Of a stretch of DNA of 64,000 bases, positions 62,366 to 64,000 are shown piece by piece. How positions within the stretch are numbered: the first letter of the stretch is position 1; the number at the start of each line of letters is the position of its first letter. A model generated the notes under the pieces. It did not search any database. It saw nothing but the letters and a program-made list of their open reading frames with translations, and was not told where the DNA came from. A program made the position numbers and the translations under genes. The DNA is taken from the NCBI GenBank assembly GCA_963749915.1, contig CAVVOP010000022.1:192001-256000 (forward strand), read 5' to 3'. Source of the DNA: an uncultured cyanobacterium (GTDB taxonomy: Bacteria > Cyanobacteriota > Cyanobacteriia > Cyanobacteriales > Cyanobacteriaceae).

Positions 62366-64000
62366 TTATTTAGTGGCTAAATTATCAATCAAGATCTCGG
62401 ATACTTGATAATCACGGCGGATAGTGAATCTTTCTAAGTAGCCGATGGGATCATCGGGATTGAAAACCATTTTGTCAAACAGTGGAAAACTATGGCGATC
62501 GGGCTCAACATCCGATAAACCTAATTGCCTACAAGCCTCACCGTATAAATCCGGACGACGCACTCTTTCCAAAATTTCGACCCAGTTACGAGGGAAAGGT
62601 GTATAACCCCAACGGGCTAATTGAGTTAACACCCATAATCCTTCAACCCTACCCGGAGAATTGGCTTGATCTACATAGAATTGATTAAACCTTAATAAAG
62701 ATTCGGTTTTTGTGCCGTAATTATAGGAATCGACAAAACCAGGACGGATATATTTAGCATCAACACCGACATATTCAGGACGGGCAAGTAACTCGACAAT
62801 TTCTGCACGGTTACGGTAATCGTCACAATATTCACAAGCCTCAATCAAAGCCTTAACTAAGGCAATGTGAGTTCTGGGGTATTTTTCTACCCAATCTTCT
62901 TTTACTCCTAAAATTTTCTCAGGGTGTCCTGACCAAATATCGATGTCTGTAGTAATCACGAAACCAAGATCTTCCTGCACTGCATGAGAATTCCAAGGTT
63001 CACCAACACAGTAACCGTCAATGTTACCAGCCTTGAGATTTGCCACCATTTGTGGCGGTGGAATTACCGTTAAACTGACGTCTTGATCGGGATCAATGCC
63101 CCCTGATGCTAACCAGTAACGCAATAGCAAATTGTGCATAGAAGCAGGGTGGACCATGCCAAAAGTGTGGACTTTATCAGGAGTTCGGGCGATCGCTTCC
63201 TTCAATTCCTGAAGGTTTGTAACTCCCATTTCTTGGAATTCTTTACTTAAAGTAATAGCGTTACCGTTGCGACTTAGCACCATTGAAGTAATCATGGGAA
63301 TCGAAGGGTTCCCCCCTGCACCCAAAGTCATACTTAAAGGCATTCCTGCCACCATTTGTGCGGCATCTAAACGTCCTTCGGCGACGCCTCTTGCTAATTC
63401 TTTCCATGATGGTTCGCGGACTAATTTCACTTGTTCTAAACCATGTTCTTGGAAAAATCCCTTCTCTTTGGCAATCATTAAAGGTGCACAGTCAGTTAAG
63501 GGTATGAAACCAATATCAAGGTTAATTTTTTCTAAGCCATTACCCGCCACTGCTTCTTTATTAAAGATGATTTGTCCGACTTTTTTGGATCGCTTCTGTT
63601 GATTGAGGAAATAAACCATTTCGTTTCGCAGAACATAGTAACTGGGATTATTTACCACTTCTAACCTTTGTCTTGGACGGGGGAACGGTACTTCTAAAAC
63701 TTGCCCGATATGAGCCTCAGGACCGGTGGTTAACATGACGATGCGATCCGATAACAATAAGGCCTCATCCACATCATGGGTTACCATTATGCAAGTAACA
63801 TGATTTTCTTGAACAATCCTCATTAAATTTTCTTGTAAATTTCCTCTGGTTAAGGCATCTAATGCCCCAAAAGGTTCATCTAAGAGTAGTACTTTGGGTT
63901 TTGTTGCCAAGGCACGGGCGATGGCAACCCGTTGTTTCATACCTCCAGACAGTTCCCCCGGACGTTTATGGGCAGCGTGTTTTAAGCCGACAATACCGAT
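62366..64000 (-). CDS. nrtC: Nitrate ABC transporter ATP-binding subunit C (5' end outside the window)
   Basis: [14 protein letters not shown] and [13 protein letters not shown] fused to a NrtA-like domain ([20 protein letters not shown]). Confidence 0.82.
   Translation of the reverse strand: MGIVGLKHAAHKRPGELSGGMKQRVAIARALATKPKVLLLDEPFGALDALTRGNLQENLMRIVQENHVTCIMVTHDVDEALLLSDRIVMLTTGPEAHIGQVLEVPFPRPRQRLEVVNNPSYYVLRNEMVYFLNQQKRSKKVGQIIFNKEAVAGNGLEKINLDIGFIPLTDCAPLMIAKEKGFFQEHGLEQVKLVREPSWKELARGVAEGRLDAAQMVAGMPLSMTLGAGGNPSIPMITSMVLSRNGNAITLSKEFQEMGVTNLQELKEAIARTPDKVHTFGMVHPASMHNLLLRYWLASGGIDPDQDVSLTVIPPPQMVANLKAGNIDGYCVGEPWNSHAVQEDLGFVITTDIDIWSGHPEKILGVKEDWVEKYPRTHIALVKALIEACEYCDDYRNRAEIVELLARPEYVGVDAKYIRPGFVDSYNYGTKTESLLRFNQFYVDQANSPGRVEGLWVLTQLARWGYTPFPRNWVEILERVRRPDLYGEACRQLGLSDVEPDRHSFPLFDKMVFNPDDPIGYLERFTIRRDYQVSEILIDNLATK

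Overview
AT-rich chromosomal window from a unicellular cyanobacterium. Evidence: psbX-ycf66, pipX-pipY, CP12, cpcT/cpcF, ndhL, the atp1 operon, nrtCD and scattered HIP1 GCGATCGC sites. Composition suggests the Geminocystis/Cyanobacterium group, which is an inference. Most of the window is housekeeping: nrdA with tandem NrdR boxes, map, ctpA, desC, glcE, aroQ, ATP synthase, panD, cobT, phoU, cobI, trpA, glmM, tRNA-Leu(GAG), mltA. The standout is about 40680-43174, a 2.5 kb element bounded by 35-bp terminal inverted repeats with a TA at each end and no transposase. It holds a complete integron gene cassette encoding a GmrSD-like DUF262/DUF1524 nuclease. The cassette has a textbook attC, a matching 5' core site, an attI-like upstream site and the stub of a second cassette, and there is no intI in the window. 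Other notable items: an internally deleted IS200/IS605 tnpB element keeping both end hairpins and a promoter upstream of ndhL; a catalytically dead IS6-transposase-derived ORF with a membrane anchor; three tandem AIM24 paralogs plus an M48 peptidase; six co-oriented signal-peptide genes; and a tandem MshEN-like protein. All calls come from reading motifs by eye; no searches were run.
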